DNA of 64,000 nucleotides from Asterias rubens (lineage: Eukaryota). Both the position numbers and the translations under genes were made by a program. Below the pieces are notes generated by a model. That model did no database searches and had not been told where the DNA came from. It worked only from the letters and a program-made list of their open reading frames with translations. Each line of letters begins with the position of its first letter. Position 1 is the first letter of the stretch. Shown here in pieces: positions 12,001 through 20,721 of the stretch. Location of the stretch: the NCBI RefSeq assembly GCF_902459465.1, contig NC_047082.1, positions 1,612,001 through 1,676,000 on the forward strand, given 5' to 3'.

Positions 12001-15000
12001 TCTTCATGAGCTTGAATGTTTGAGTGTTTTTTAAAGGCAGAGCAATGGTGTTTATTATTATCATAATTATTAACAAAAACTAATTGGATTTTGATCTGTG
12101 TTCGTTTAGGGAAGCGCAGGTCTTGCAGGCTCACGAGGAACAGATGGTACCGATGGTCAAAGGGGAGCTAAAGGTGACGATGGAGAACGAGGCTCACCAG
12201 GTCCTCTTGGACACATGGTAAGACGCACTGCCCTCTGGTGTTGAAAGGCTGCCAAGTTTACGAAGAAATAAAGAAGTTTCAGATTTTTAAAATCTTTAAA
12301 ATTGTGCTTTACGGCAGGTCTAATGATTAAGATCAGGATAATATCCCATATGCATTTCCTGATGCGCATGATCGGTGCAGAAAGGTTTCTGGGTGAAGTC
12401 GGTTCATGGCGCTGGTTTAGAAGCAAGCAAAAATACATGTAAACTGCAGCATTGTCAGCACAGTATATTCTTTAACACTACTCAGTTTCCCAAGGGACAT
12501 TTCGGTATATTTTTAAAAGGGCACTTCTCGGATAATGATTTTTTCACTTTGTCATTCTATAGGGACCACCTGGACCGATTGGTGACCCTGGACCAGAGGG
12601 TGAAGTAGGAGGCCCTGGTAGGAAAGGAGATTCCGGCCTTCAAGGACCCAGAGGAGTTCCAGTGAGTACAACTTTTAATTTATTTGTTTGTTTATTTTTA
12701 TATTTTTGGGTTAACAATAATTTGAGTGTACAACAAAAAGAAACCAGAATGTCTGTATCCTTGGACTTTTGCTCCTTCTTTCTTGTCCTTTCTTTTCAGG
12801 TGGGTTGGAGCTCTGCGAACCCCCACAACAATCACTTGGCACTAAGGGGAGACCCAAATTTAATTTGTACCAATGCAAATGAATGTTTTCTTTTTCCCAT
12901 TACTAGGGTTTACAAGGTCCTAAAGGACAGATTGGTGTGTTTGGACCTAATGGCCCCAAAGGAGAGAGAGGTCAACCCGGTATACAAGGCATCAAGGGAC
13001 AAGGTGGACCTAAGGTATGGACTCTTATATTCACACACCCCTTCAGCCCATATTCACACACCCCTTCAGCCCATAAAGCCAAGGGTTTACAGATTGAATA
13101 AGTAAATGGAAAACAAATAGTAACATTTCTCCAGAAGATGATTAGAGCATACTGATCGAAACGTCGAGTTGAAACCAACGGTTCTTTTCAGAACCACCCC
13201 AACTCATTAGAGATAGTCATTACATGGTGTTACCGCAAACCTTTCTATATCGTATTTCCACCATGCAAAGTTTCAAATCCTACTTAACAAGTAACATACT
13301 ATTCCTTTAACCTCATGATGTCCAAGATCCAGACTAAGACCTCCCCATCAAGACCTCGCCAGCGAAGGAAAAAAGCACACGCAGCAGGGCAAGCATGAAA
13401 GTTACTTTTAAGTTTGGGGGTCCCTTTTTCCAGTTTCATATGTTTTTGACAACATGAAATTAAGGCCTTGAGAGGAGAACCCGAGACCTTTTAGCCATAC
13501 AACAATACAACACTGCCTCTGTGACATTTTTTGTTTGATTTGTACTTCACAGGGTAAGATTGGTAGCGCCGGTGTCATTGGTCCGCCAGGCTTGAAGGGA
13601 TCCATGGGTATTGCAGGACCCCCAGTAAGTCTGAATATATTTTAATCACTTTTAGGTTTTATCTTTTTATTTTAACCAACTTTTGTCCTTTTATTTCAAT
13701 TTTAGTCTTTTTAAATACTGTGTGTAATTTTTATAATTGAATAATAAACCTAATACATTGAATTGAATTAAAGTTTAATTTTGGTACTACAGCTTTAGCT
13801 GATAGACAATTAATTTTTATCATGAAGGAAGAATCTCTTCATGACTTGACCGACTTCTCTCCGTTATCATCTTTTTGATTTGTTTATTTGCAGGGCTCAC
13901 GAGGTGAAGAGGGACAGAAGGGAGACAAGGGATCTGCTGGGGAGAGAGGTAACACTGGACGGCATGGGGAGTCTGGTAAAACAGGGCCAGTAGGTCCTCC
14001 TGGACTGGTGAGAATATACATTTAAACAAAATAGTAGTATCTAGAGATGGGGCTGAAGTGCTCATCAAGGGTTTTTCAGTTTTCTACTACAGGGTTCACA
14101 GTACAATTTGATTGAACTTCGTAAAATAGACCTTATGCAGGCGTCATTTTACTAGGGCGCCCTCGCCTCAAAGTGAGGTTGTTCATTGGGCAATCGTCTC
14201 CAAGTGAGGTTGTTCATTGGCCAATCCCGTGCGTCGTGCAAACAAATCAGCACGTTTCCATTGTTTCATTATCGATTTACCTCTAGATGGCAGCTGGATG
14301 ACATTAGTGCATAAGGTCCATTGGTCGAGCACATTTTGAAGCTTCTGGTAATCTGCTGCGGTTGTTGGCTGCGGCTGTTGCTTTGGCTATGGCTGTGTTT
14401 GTTGCTGCAGCTGTTCTTGCCTCTGTAACTATGGCAATCCAGCCAAAGCCACTAATTCAGACTCATATTTACCGTGGTACTTGTGGTTGTTTTCATTCAA
14501 GGATGGATTAAAAGGCTCTCGTGGTGACAATGGTCAAGCAGGTCCTAGAGGTCCAACCGGTCTTAGAGGAGCAACAGGTACAGATGGAAGTAAGGGTGAA
14601 GCCGGGGTCAGAGGTTACCCTGGATCTACAGGGGAACCAGGTCAGCCGGTAAGTACAATCTGTAGTTTTGATTCTGGTTCAAAAATAGTGAATGCAATGG
14701 CCTGAAATGTCAACCCTGGCAGAGTCTTTCTCAATACACAAATACAGGTGTAACAGAAGCAGTCAAATGCTAATAAATGAAATGAGTGAGGGGCAGAAAG
14801 CACAGAAAAAACCCAGGGATGAATAATGAAGAGGTTGACAAGGTGGTGGGGGGGGGGGGGGTGGAGGGGATAACCTCTTGAATACAGTTCTTGTTTCACC
14901 TTCAATGTTCATCCCTTGAGGGAAAGGACTGATTTAACCACAAGACATAATCGAAGGTCGGAAGACGTGGAAAAGGTTATTAATTAGTGATGAGACGGAC

Positions 15001-16859
15001 TAAAAAGGGGGCCAGCTATGGAAATGCCTCTTGAGTGTAGTTCTTCTTTCCACCTTCTTTTATGCTCATCCCTTGCTTGTTCAAGGTTTGTTTCTTGACC
15101 ACTTGTTAGTACTTAATCAAGCTTTTGTATTCATTTACTTCTGCAGGGTCGTACACCATCAGATGACGATATTGCCAAAATAGTGGAAAGAGTACTGCAG
15201 AGTAAGTACAGAGGTTTTTTATGGGCATTAGTCGTGAGTTTTATTAAAATGATGAGTCAATCACTTTGTGTTTTATCCCATCCTTTTATTATGAACAGGT
15301 CAGATGCAAAATATAGCGTCCCGTATGACCGGCCCACCAGGTCCTCCTGGTTTAGCGCTCCGTGGAAGCCCAGGTCTACGAGGAAACCAAGGCCCGTCAG
15401 GTTCCCCAGGAAATAAGGGTCTTCCGGGAGAGCCAGGCCTTCAAGGATTCCGTGGAGAACGTGGTGATTCGGGACCCGATGGACCAAGAGGTAGGATAGT
15501 TTAAAAAAAAGGTTTACATTTTTTTATTTTTTTTTTTATTTTATTGCCGGAAGGCCACTTCAAGATGAGGGCTACACATAACTGATGTGGGCTTTCAACC
15601 CAAATAATAGTCACCCACTCTTAGGACTGAAACAGTCCTTTGCAGACCATAAGGATGTAGGCATGGGTATCATCCAGTAGGAGCCTTGCTGGTAGAATAG
15701 ACTGCACTACCTCCCAAACATGTTATGAAGCAATTGCTTTGCTCAAGGGAAAAGGTGTCACAACCAGGATTCGAACCCACACTCTGCTGCTGACAACACC
15801 AGAGCTTGGGTCCGGTGAGCTAAACCACTCGGCTAATTTGAAATCATATTCATATCAAAGTTGTTCGTATGTGGAACACCGGGCTTGTAATATCCACTGA
15901 ATCAGCAGGCCTACGTCCAGTAATTTAAGCATTGGTCGAATAGCCTCAATAGCAAGTCCAGTTTTTTCAAACACATATTTAAGACACAGATGTCAGGAGT
16001 GGGACTTGAACCCACACTCTGCTGGTCAGAAACACCAGAGCTTGAGTCCAGTTTTGACCACTCAGCAACTACACAGTTAAGGATGTTGAAGTAAATCATT
16101 TTTGCACTATTTCTGTCACGGATAGATTCTCATATTTGTTGCTGTTCTGGTTTTTTTAAGGTACAAGAGGACCTCGTGGTGACAAAGGAAACAAGGGACT
16201 TGGTCACAGAGGCTATCCAGGACACATGGGCTTACCAGGTAAAAGAATTCTTTCTAAAAGAACTTTTAGTTCTACATCTCTCTAAAACCAGTACTTTTCA
16301 GAACCAACACTTCTCAAACAGATTTACACATGGTGCTTTCGCAGCCCTCTCCTATATATACTCCCACCAAGTTTCAAGTCCTACTTAATATCTCTCTAAT
16401 TGTCCTTGAGCTAAGAGGGGCTTTGTTCGACCCAAGAAGATGGTCACATATTGATATATTTGGACAGTGGAAAGATGGACTGGAAGTTAATTACCTGGCA
16501 TTTATTCATGGTTCTATTTATGTTGTGCAAATGGAATTTAATCAAACAACGGAACTCTCCAACAGAAGAACTGGCCGCAGTATAAAATACAAGCAACCCC
16601 TTGAACATGCAGGGCCTAATTTTTCCTTTCTTTTCCAATGTTTTCTTTTGTAGGTTTACCAGGAGAGCCTGGAATCGCTAGGGACGGTAAAGATGGTGCT
16701 CCAGGCCCTCGTGGTCCTGGTGGAGTCCGAGGTACAAGAGGTCCTACTGGTCTGCAGGGTGCAGCTGGCTACTGCGAATATTGTAACTATCCTGGAGCCC
16801 AGCCTTTGGTTAACCCTTACCCATATCAGACATATGTCGATCTCAACAACAAAGGCTAG
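1..16859 (+). CDS. COL9A1-like: FACIT collagen, alpha-1(IX)-like; 5'-partial multi-exon gene (34 exons visible)
   Basis: All 34 exons have GT-AG boundaries and compatible phases, giving a 957-aa frame (first full codon GAT at 2-4, stop TAG 16857-16859). TSPN end [24 protein letters not shown] resembles COL9A1 [24 protein letters not shown]. NC2 [18 protein letters not shown] resembles GRAPTDQHIKQVCMRVIQ. COL1 has the GL and GIARD imperfections expected of FACITs. Orthology is untested. Confidence 0.9.
679..808 (+). CDS. collagen TSPN exon
   Basis: ttttgcag / gtaata; [43 protein letters not shown]; phase 1 to 2. Confidence 0.9.
1259..1468 (+). CDS. collagen TSPN exon
   Basis: catctcag / gtcagc; [19 protein letters not shown]...QSVSF; phase 2 to 2. 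Confidence 0.9.
1988..2171 (+). CDS. collagen TSPN exon
   Basis: attgcag / gtaaga; [11 protein letters not shown]...VFVDC LamG motif. Confidence 0.92.
2514..2585 (+). CDS. collagen TSPN C-terminal exon
   Basis: ccacag / gtaaga; [24 protein letters not shown]. Confidence 0.95.
3117..3137 (+). CDS. collagen 21-bp linker microexon
   Basis: tttgttttgtttgcag / gtaagc; LPPVGPT; phase 0-0. Confidence 0.7.
3475..3531 (+). CDS. collagen exon, CxxxCP plus helix start
   Basis: ccatttacag / gtaagc; [19 protein letters not shown]. Confidence 0.92.
3982..4080 (+). CDS. collagen helix exon 99 bp
   Basis: 11 Gly-X-Y triplets; cgcag / gtaggt. Confidence 0.95.
4332..4376 (+). CDS. collagen helix exon 45 bp
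   Basis: [15 protein letters not shown]; gacag / gtaagt. Confidence 0.95.
4500..4680 (-). repeat. tRNA-derived SINE, family B
   Basis: aligns with 9915-10090, 25720-25895 and inverted 60385-60558; B box gattcgaacc. Confidence 0.65.
4741..4980. mobile_element. MITE with about 100-bp TIRs, flanked by CAG...CAG
   Basis: ggcccaatttcatagagctgctaagcac... mirrored by ...gtgcttagcagctctatgaaactgggcc; CAG at 4738-4740 and 4981-4983. Confidence 0.85.
5251..5304 (+). CDS. collagen helix exon 54 bp
   Basis: [18 protein letters not shown]. Confidence 0.95.
5507..5551 (+). CDS. collagen helix exon 45 bp
   Basis: [15 protein letters not shown]. Confidence 0.95.
6024..6089 (+). CDS. collagen exon entering first interruption
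   Basis: [22 protein letters not shown]; ttacag / gtatat. Confidence 0.92.
6132..6371. mobile_element. degenerate MITE related to the ggcccaatttcat family
   Basis: left cttggcacagttgcatggctcagc matches the reverse complement of right gccgagccatgaaattgagccctg at 18/24. Confidence 0.55.
6598..6672 (+). CDS. collagen exon leaving first interruption
   Basis: [25 protein letters not shown]; gcacag / gtaagc. Confidence 0.92.
6953..7006 (+). CDS. collagen helix exon 54 bp
   Basis: [18 protein letters not shown]. Confidence 0.95.
7330..7419 (+). CDS. collagen helix exon 90 bp
   Basis: [30 protein letters not shown]. Confidence 0.95.
7937..7975 (+). CDS. collagen non-helical microexon 39 bp
   Basis: aattag / gtaaat; [13 protein letters not shown]; phase 0-0. 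Confidence 0.72.
8105..8146 (+). CDS. collagen non-helical microexon 42 bp
   Basis: gtttatag / gtcagt; [14 protein letters not shown]; phase 0-0. Confidence 0.72.
9475..9528 (+). CDS. collagen COL2 exon 54 bp
   Basis: [18 protein letters not shown]. Confidence 0.95.
9560..9728. mobile_element. MITE copy, ggcccaatttcat family
   Basis: cagagccctatttcatatagctg ... gtaaaattggcccctg; internal gctaagca/tgcttagc motifs. Confidence 0.6.
9915..10090 (-). repeat. SINE family B copy
   Basis: gaaaacaagaaggaatgttcagtttt...gggactcgaaccagggtcc...gaaaggcagggaaaga. Confidence 0.7.
10140..10193 (+). CDS. collagen COL2 exon 54 bp
   Basis: [18 protein letters not shown]. Confidence 0.95.
10399..10452 (+). 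CDS. collagen COL2 exon 54 bp
   Basis: [18 protein letters not shown]. Confidence 0.95.
10742..10795 (+). CDS. collagen COL2 exon 54 bp
   Basis: [18 protein letters not shown]. Confidence 0.95.
10918..10971 (+). CDS. collagen COL2 exon 54 bp
   Basis: [18 protein letters not shown]. Confidence 0.95.
11306..11359 (+). CDS. collagen COL2 exon 54 bp
   Basis: [18 protein letters not shown]. Confidence 0.95.
11541..11707. mobile_element. second MITE family flanked by CAG...CAG
   Basis: TIR ccgtcgatttcacaaa / tttgtgaaatcggcgg; CAG at 11538-11540 and 11708-11710; internal aggacgag..ctcgtcct hairpin and taggactcgtcctaa-like repeats. Confidence 0.85.
11827..11880 (+). CDS. collagen COL2 exon 54 bp
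   Basis: [18 protein letters not shown]. Confidence 0.95.
12110..12217 (+). CDS. collagen COL2 exon 108 bp
   Basis: 12 triplets GSA...GHM. Confidence 0.95.
12563..12661 (+). CDS. collagen COL2 exon 99 bp
   Basis: 11 triplets GPP...GVP. Confidence 0.95.
12907..13014 (+). CDS. collagen COL2 exon 108 bp
   Basis: 12 triplets GLQ...GPK. Confidence 0.95.
13129..13168 (+). ncRNA. minimal type I hammerhead-ribozyme-like motif, variant core
   Basis: CTC-CAGAAGA-T-GATTAG-AGCATA-CTGATC-GAAA-CG-TC-GAG. Confidence 0.55.
13129..13285 (+). mobile_element. short dispersed element starting with a hammerhead-like motif
   Basis: HHR-like fold at 13129-13168; acatggtgttaccgcaaacc recurs inverted near 29170-29195; ttctatatcgtatttccaccatgcaaagtttcaaatccta recurs at about 63221-63260. 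Confidence 0.6.
13553..13624 (+). CDS. collagen COL2 exon 72 bp
   Basis: 8 triplets GKI...GPP. Confidence 0.95.
13894..14007 (+). CDS. collagen COL2 exon 114 bp
   Basis: 12 triplets plus GL; donor gtgaga. Confidence 0.93.
14126..14322. mobile_element. MITE with AT-flanked termini
   Basis: aATagaccttatgca ... tgcataaggtccATt; internal 19-bp direct repeat aagtgaggttgttcattgg with period 31. Confidence 0.7.
14502..14648 (+). CDS. collagen COL2 exon 147 bp
   Basis: D plus 16 triplets; acceptor ttcattcaag, donor gtaagt. Confidence 0.93.
15147..15201 (+). CDS. collagen NC2 exon
   Basis: [18 protein letters not shown]; phase 0 to 1. Confidence 0.93.
15299..15490 (+). CDS. collagen NC2/COL1 exon
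   Basis: [25 protein letters not shown]...GPR; phase 1 to 1. Confidence 0.93.
15730..15835 (-). repeat. tRNA-derived SINE head, family A
   Basis: minus-strand A box TAGCCGAGTGG and B box GGTTCGAATCC; no complete cloverleaf; similar copies at 15975-16068, 25930-26035 and 49895-49985. Confidence 0.75.
15975..16068 (-). repeat. SINE family A copy
   Basis: gggacttgaacccacactctgctggtcagaaacaccagagcttgagtcc aligns with the 15730 copy. Confidence 0.7.
16161..16238 (+). CDS. collagen COL1 exon
   Basis: [26 protein letters not shown]; split Gly codons. Confidence 0.93.
16654..16859 (+). CDS. collagen terminal exon (COL1 end plus NC1)
   Basis: [14 protein letters not shown]...[33 protein letters not shown] then TAG. 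Confidence 0.95.
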
Positions 16860-18314
16860 AACGACAAAAACAACTTTTTTTTCTTATTCTTATTTCCTCT
16901 AAAGTACGCAGCTTTGAGATGGTAAGTTTAAACGGATTTTTAGTAGTGCGTTGAAACTTGCCAGATGTGTTACTTTAGTGAGAAATTGATTATTCAGTTT
17001 ATGCTACTTTTGCTGAGTTGTAGACTACCAAATATTCTTGTAATACCCAGTACACAAGTATCACACCCTTTTAACTATTTTGTCAGACTTGTATATAAAA
17101 ATCTTGATTTTTGTCTCTTTTTTTTTCATGTTGTTGTAAATTTCCCCCAAGCAAAATTTCTCAAAACTTTTTTTATTGCATATAATGACATTACATATTC
17201 TTAACAAAACAACTCAATTTACCAATTAGATTTGGTTTTGGAAATAAAATTGATACATCGTATCAGAAAACAATATTCACTGCTTTTTATGATTTTTGTG
17301 TGTAGCCTAGATGACCTGGCTTAACTACTCAGATTTTACGGCCAATATTTTGATGGTGCTATTCCCAATAATTTCATCAACGTTTTTTCATAAATATTTG
17401 TGATACTCTTTAAAGTAATTTTCATTATTATTATATTTTCTTAGAATAACAATAGAGCATAGTTTTTAATATAAATTGATTATTGCTTTGTAGCCAAATG
17501 TAGCAGACATCTATCTACTTGAAGAAAAACAAAATAAAATATTGCGCAGTAATTTAAAAAATGTTTGGTACCAATAAAAATTTGTTGTTACTTATGGCTT
17601 AAGATGGATATACATACAGCATGATATAGCATTGAAAACATGAGACATAAATGTAATTTTGTTTGACCAATACATCATCCAGATAAGCATTGTAAACCCA
17701 TTGCTTTCCAAATCATGTTTAAAACAAAATCTACATGCAACTCGGATTGGATTCGAACCTACGACACCCCCTTTCTAGCCATTGTTGCTTTACTGGCAAG
17801 AGTGTGCCTAGCTATGTTTTATATAGCACTTTAAAGGTGAGTCAACAGCTGCAGTGGCAGAAACTGCCGGGCATTTCCCTTCTCTTTAATAAGTATACTG
17901 GGTTCTTTTACTAATGTACTTACGGCTTCTTGTCCGATCCGAAGGACGAAGTATTGATGGTTGTCTTGCTGAAGGACAATTGTGCCACAACCCAGAAAGA
18001 AACTCAAACCCTTGCACCAGAATATGAGTTTGGTGCTCTATACCACACAGCCACTCATCCTCAATGCTGTATCGTGCATATGATAATTTGTTCCACTTTT
18101 GCATGCATCTATTTAACAGGTCTGCGCTACTCCACTCTCTAAATAATGTGTGGCAAGTATATTCTTAACAATTGGATTTCAACAGCTTTCTTTGTTAGCA
18201 TTGAGCGTATACAATAGTCACTGTAAATACACCATCTTATGATAAATTTCTTTTAGATAGAAATGCTTATTTTTAGTACTCCGTGTTCCAGTTTGTGATC
18301 AATATAAATCCATA

Positions 18315-18345
18315 AATAAATAAAAATGTCTGATGTGTTGGTATA
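18315..18345 (+). terminator. candidate polyadenylation signal of the collagen gene
   Basis: overlapping AATAAA at 18315 and 18319 followed by GT-rich tgtctgatgtgttggt; other AATAAA at 17243, 17533 and 17573 are alternatives. Confidence 0.35.
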
Positions 18346-20652
18346 CTATGATAGCAGCTTTATAAGTCGGTAGTACATCACTTTAATACTAACGTCTAAC
18401 TAATAGAAATTGTGGGGTTTTCTTAGCACAATTTTATAAAACAATATTGAAAAAAAAATATATATAAAAAGTTTATAAACATCAACAAAACTAATCAAAT
18501 GAACGAGGTTCGACATACATAATATTTCTTTAACTTCATGCCTTGCCTCATTTTGGCATTGGATAAATCGAGGGTGAACAAGCCTTAAAGGTGTTGTCTT
18601 AATTCCTTTCTCTCAAGTATTCAGCTAGTCAAACTAACACCTTTAACCTGCTTGAGGGCTTTGTGACTCAAACTGTTTCAGACATTTGAAGCTTCCGAAT
18701 GACTGGTACATGCCACTGAGTACTAATATTGGTCAAAGGTTAACATGTATGCACCGAATTATTCAGGGTTGGGCGATAAGATAAGCCTTGACAAATAGGA
18801 TACAATACTTTTTGGGTGAAATGTTGAAACCACTCTTAAAAGTAGGGTCATAGATTGGTTAATACTCCAACAATTAATGACCAAGAAAACTTCCTTGGTG
18901 ACAAGCTATGCTCTGTCGATAGCACAAATTATCACTTGGAGAAAGGATTCCCTTGAAAAGTATGGTAAAAAAATAGAATTGTACCTAAGAAACGATTCTT
19001 GCATGAATCATTTGTCAGATTTCTAAGGGCTGGTGTCCCTTTTAGTGCAAATGCTACAGCTAGAGATGCGGTTGGGTATCCGCTGTCAACTCAATGAGCG
19101 TGGATGGATTTTAAAATCTTGTGAAAATACTCCAACAATTTGTTGCTGTTTTTCTCAGAAAGTCAACATTGTATTCAGTTGAAACTTTCACATGTGATTT
19201 TGTTGTAACTTTAAAAACAAAAATACCTCTAAATCATTTTGACTCTATGAATCTATGACTCTACCTTTAAGTGGCATTAACTGAAAAGTTGTAATTGTTC
19301 GTTTAATTCTTGCTCAAAATAAAGTGTGATTCCTGTTCGTAAGTGTGATTCAGCTTGTCTGTACAAATCATAATAATATAAAAGCGTTGTGATTTTTTTT
19401 TTTTTTTTTTAATCAGTGCACAATAAATGCGTGATGATTGTACTTAAAGCAGTTATCGTACCACTGTGTGTTTATTTATTGTTAAGTGAGATTTCGCAGG
19501 GATTTAGTTTGTGGGAAAACCAACAAGACTGCGGGGCTTTTAGCTTAAAATGTTTACTGGACCAGAATTTTGTGCGCAAGACCAGAACTTAAATGAGAAG
19601 AAAAATGCCTACACCTTTTCACAATATTGATAGTTTTAATTTGAAAAAAAAACTTCATTTTTATTTTCCGGGTTCTGTGGTCTTTAGATATTTTTAGCCT
19701 AATTAAACTTGAAAACTTTTGTTTTCCTAACATAATTATTTCCCCTTCTCTGATTCTAAGTTCCTTCCTGTTCCACACTACTGATTTTGTTGTTGATCTA
19801 ACACTAAATAAAAAAAAGTACAAAGCAGGTTTAGACTTGTTAAGCAAAATTTCATAAAACCTGTAAGCATAAAAACTTGCTAAGCACAGAAAAATCTTGC
19901 TTAACAGAAACGGGTTACTAGCCAAAAATCCATAAAGTTTACATCACTGCAACTGGTGCCCAACACATTTGCTAATCGTATATTTTCTGCCAAACGGCTT
20001 TAGTTGGAAACTGCAGAGTCTGCATATATAGTGGTTACCAAAATGATTAAACCTCCCAAAACAAAATTAAAATAAAAAACAAAGTGTTTCAACAAATTTT
20101 ATGTATAAGCGAAACAACTGGACAGATGAGCATTGTTTCAAATGAATTTGCATTTTATTTCAAATGACAGTTTTATGCAAACAAAGTTGAGCATTATGTT
20201 TGTCTTTAGTTGGCAAGTCGGAGAGCACAGCAAGTTTGAAAACTATATGTCTTATTAAAACAGATTTATTTATTAGTTTGGGGTTTGGTGGGCGTTTTTT
20301 AATATTTTATTACTAACTTTTAAATTGGTTAAACAATTTGTTGAGTTGCTGAACATCTTTTATTACCTTACAATGAACCTACAATTACAAAACTAATTCC
20401 ACAAAATCCTTAATGAACACCATTCTTAGGCAACAGTTTATCAAAAGTAAACTTTAAAAAAAGACAAAATTACTTTAAATCTAAGAATGAACAATACAAA
20501 ACTTGCCTCTATAATATTCTTTATGAATACCATAAGCAACAGTTTGTAAAAAATAAACTTTGAAAACTGACTTTTTATTTTGGTATTCCCAGACAAACTT
20601 GCACGCATTTCCTTCAAAGTTTATAAGAATGGGCGTGTTTGTTGATTTCCAG

Positions 20653-20721
20653 AGGTCACAAAGTTCGAAAAAGGTGTCTCATTTGCATAACGAGACAAAA
20701 GAGGTTGACCCCACGTGACCT
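20653..20721. promoter_or_regulatory. nuclear-receptor DR4/DR3-like, octamer and E-box cluster
   Basis: AGGTCA-caa-AGTTCG 20653-20667; ATTTGCAT 20681-20688; TGACCC-cacg-TGACCT 20706-20721 overlapping CACGTG. Confidence 0.45.

Noticed and set aside
14350-14455. GCT/GGC-rich stretch encoding an Ala-rich antisense peptide
   Set aside because: No start or splice context; shares ggctatggctg/cagcc motifs with a small palindromic repeat near 27395-27500.
15257-15487. Antisense ORFs over collagen exons
   Set aside because: Expected by-product of Gly-X-Y codon periodicity.
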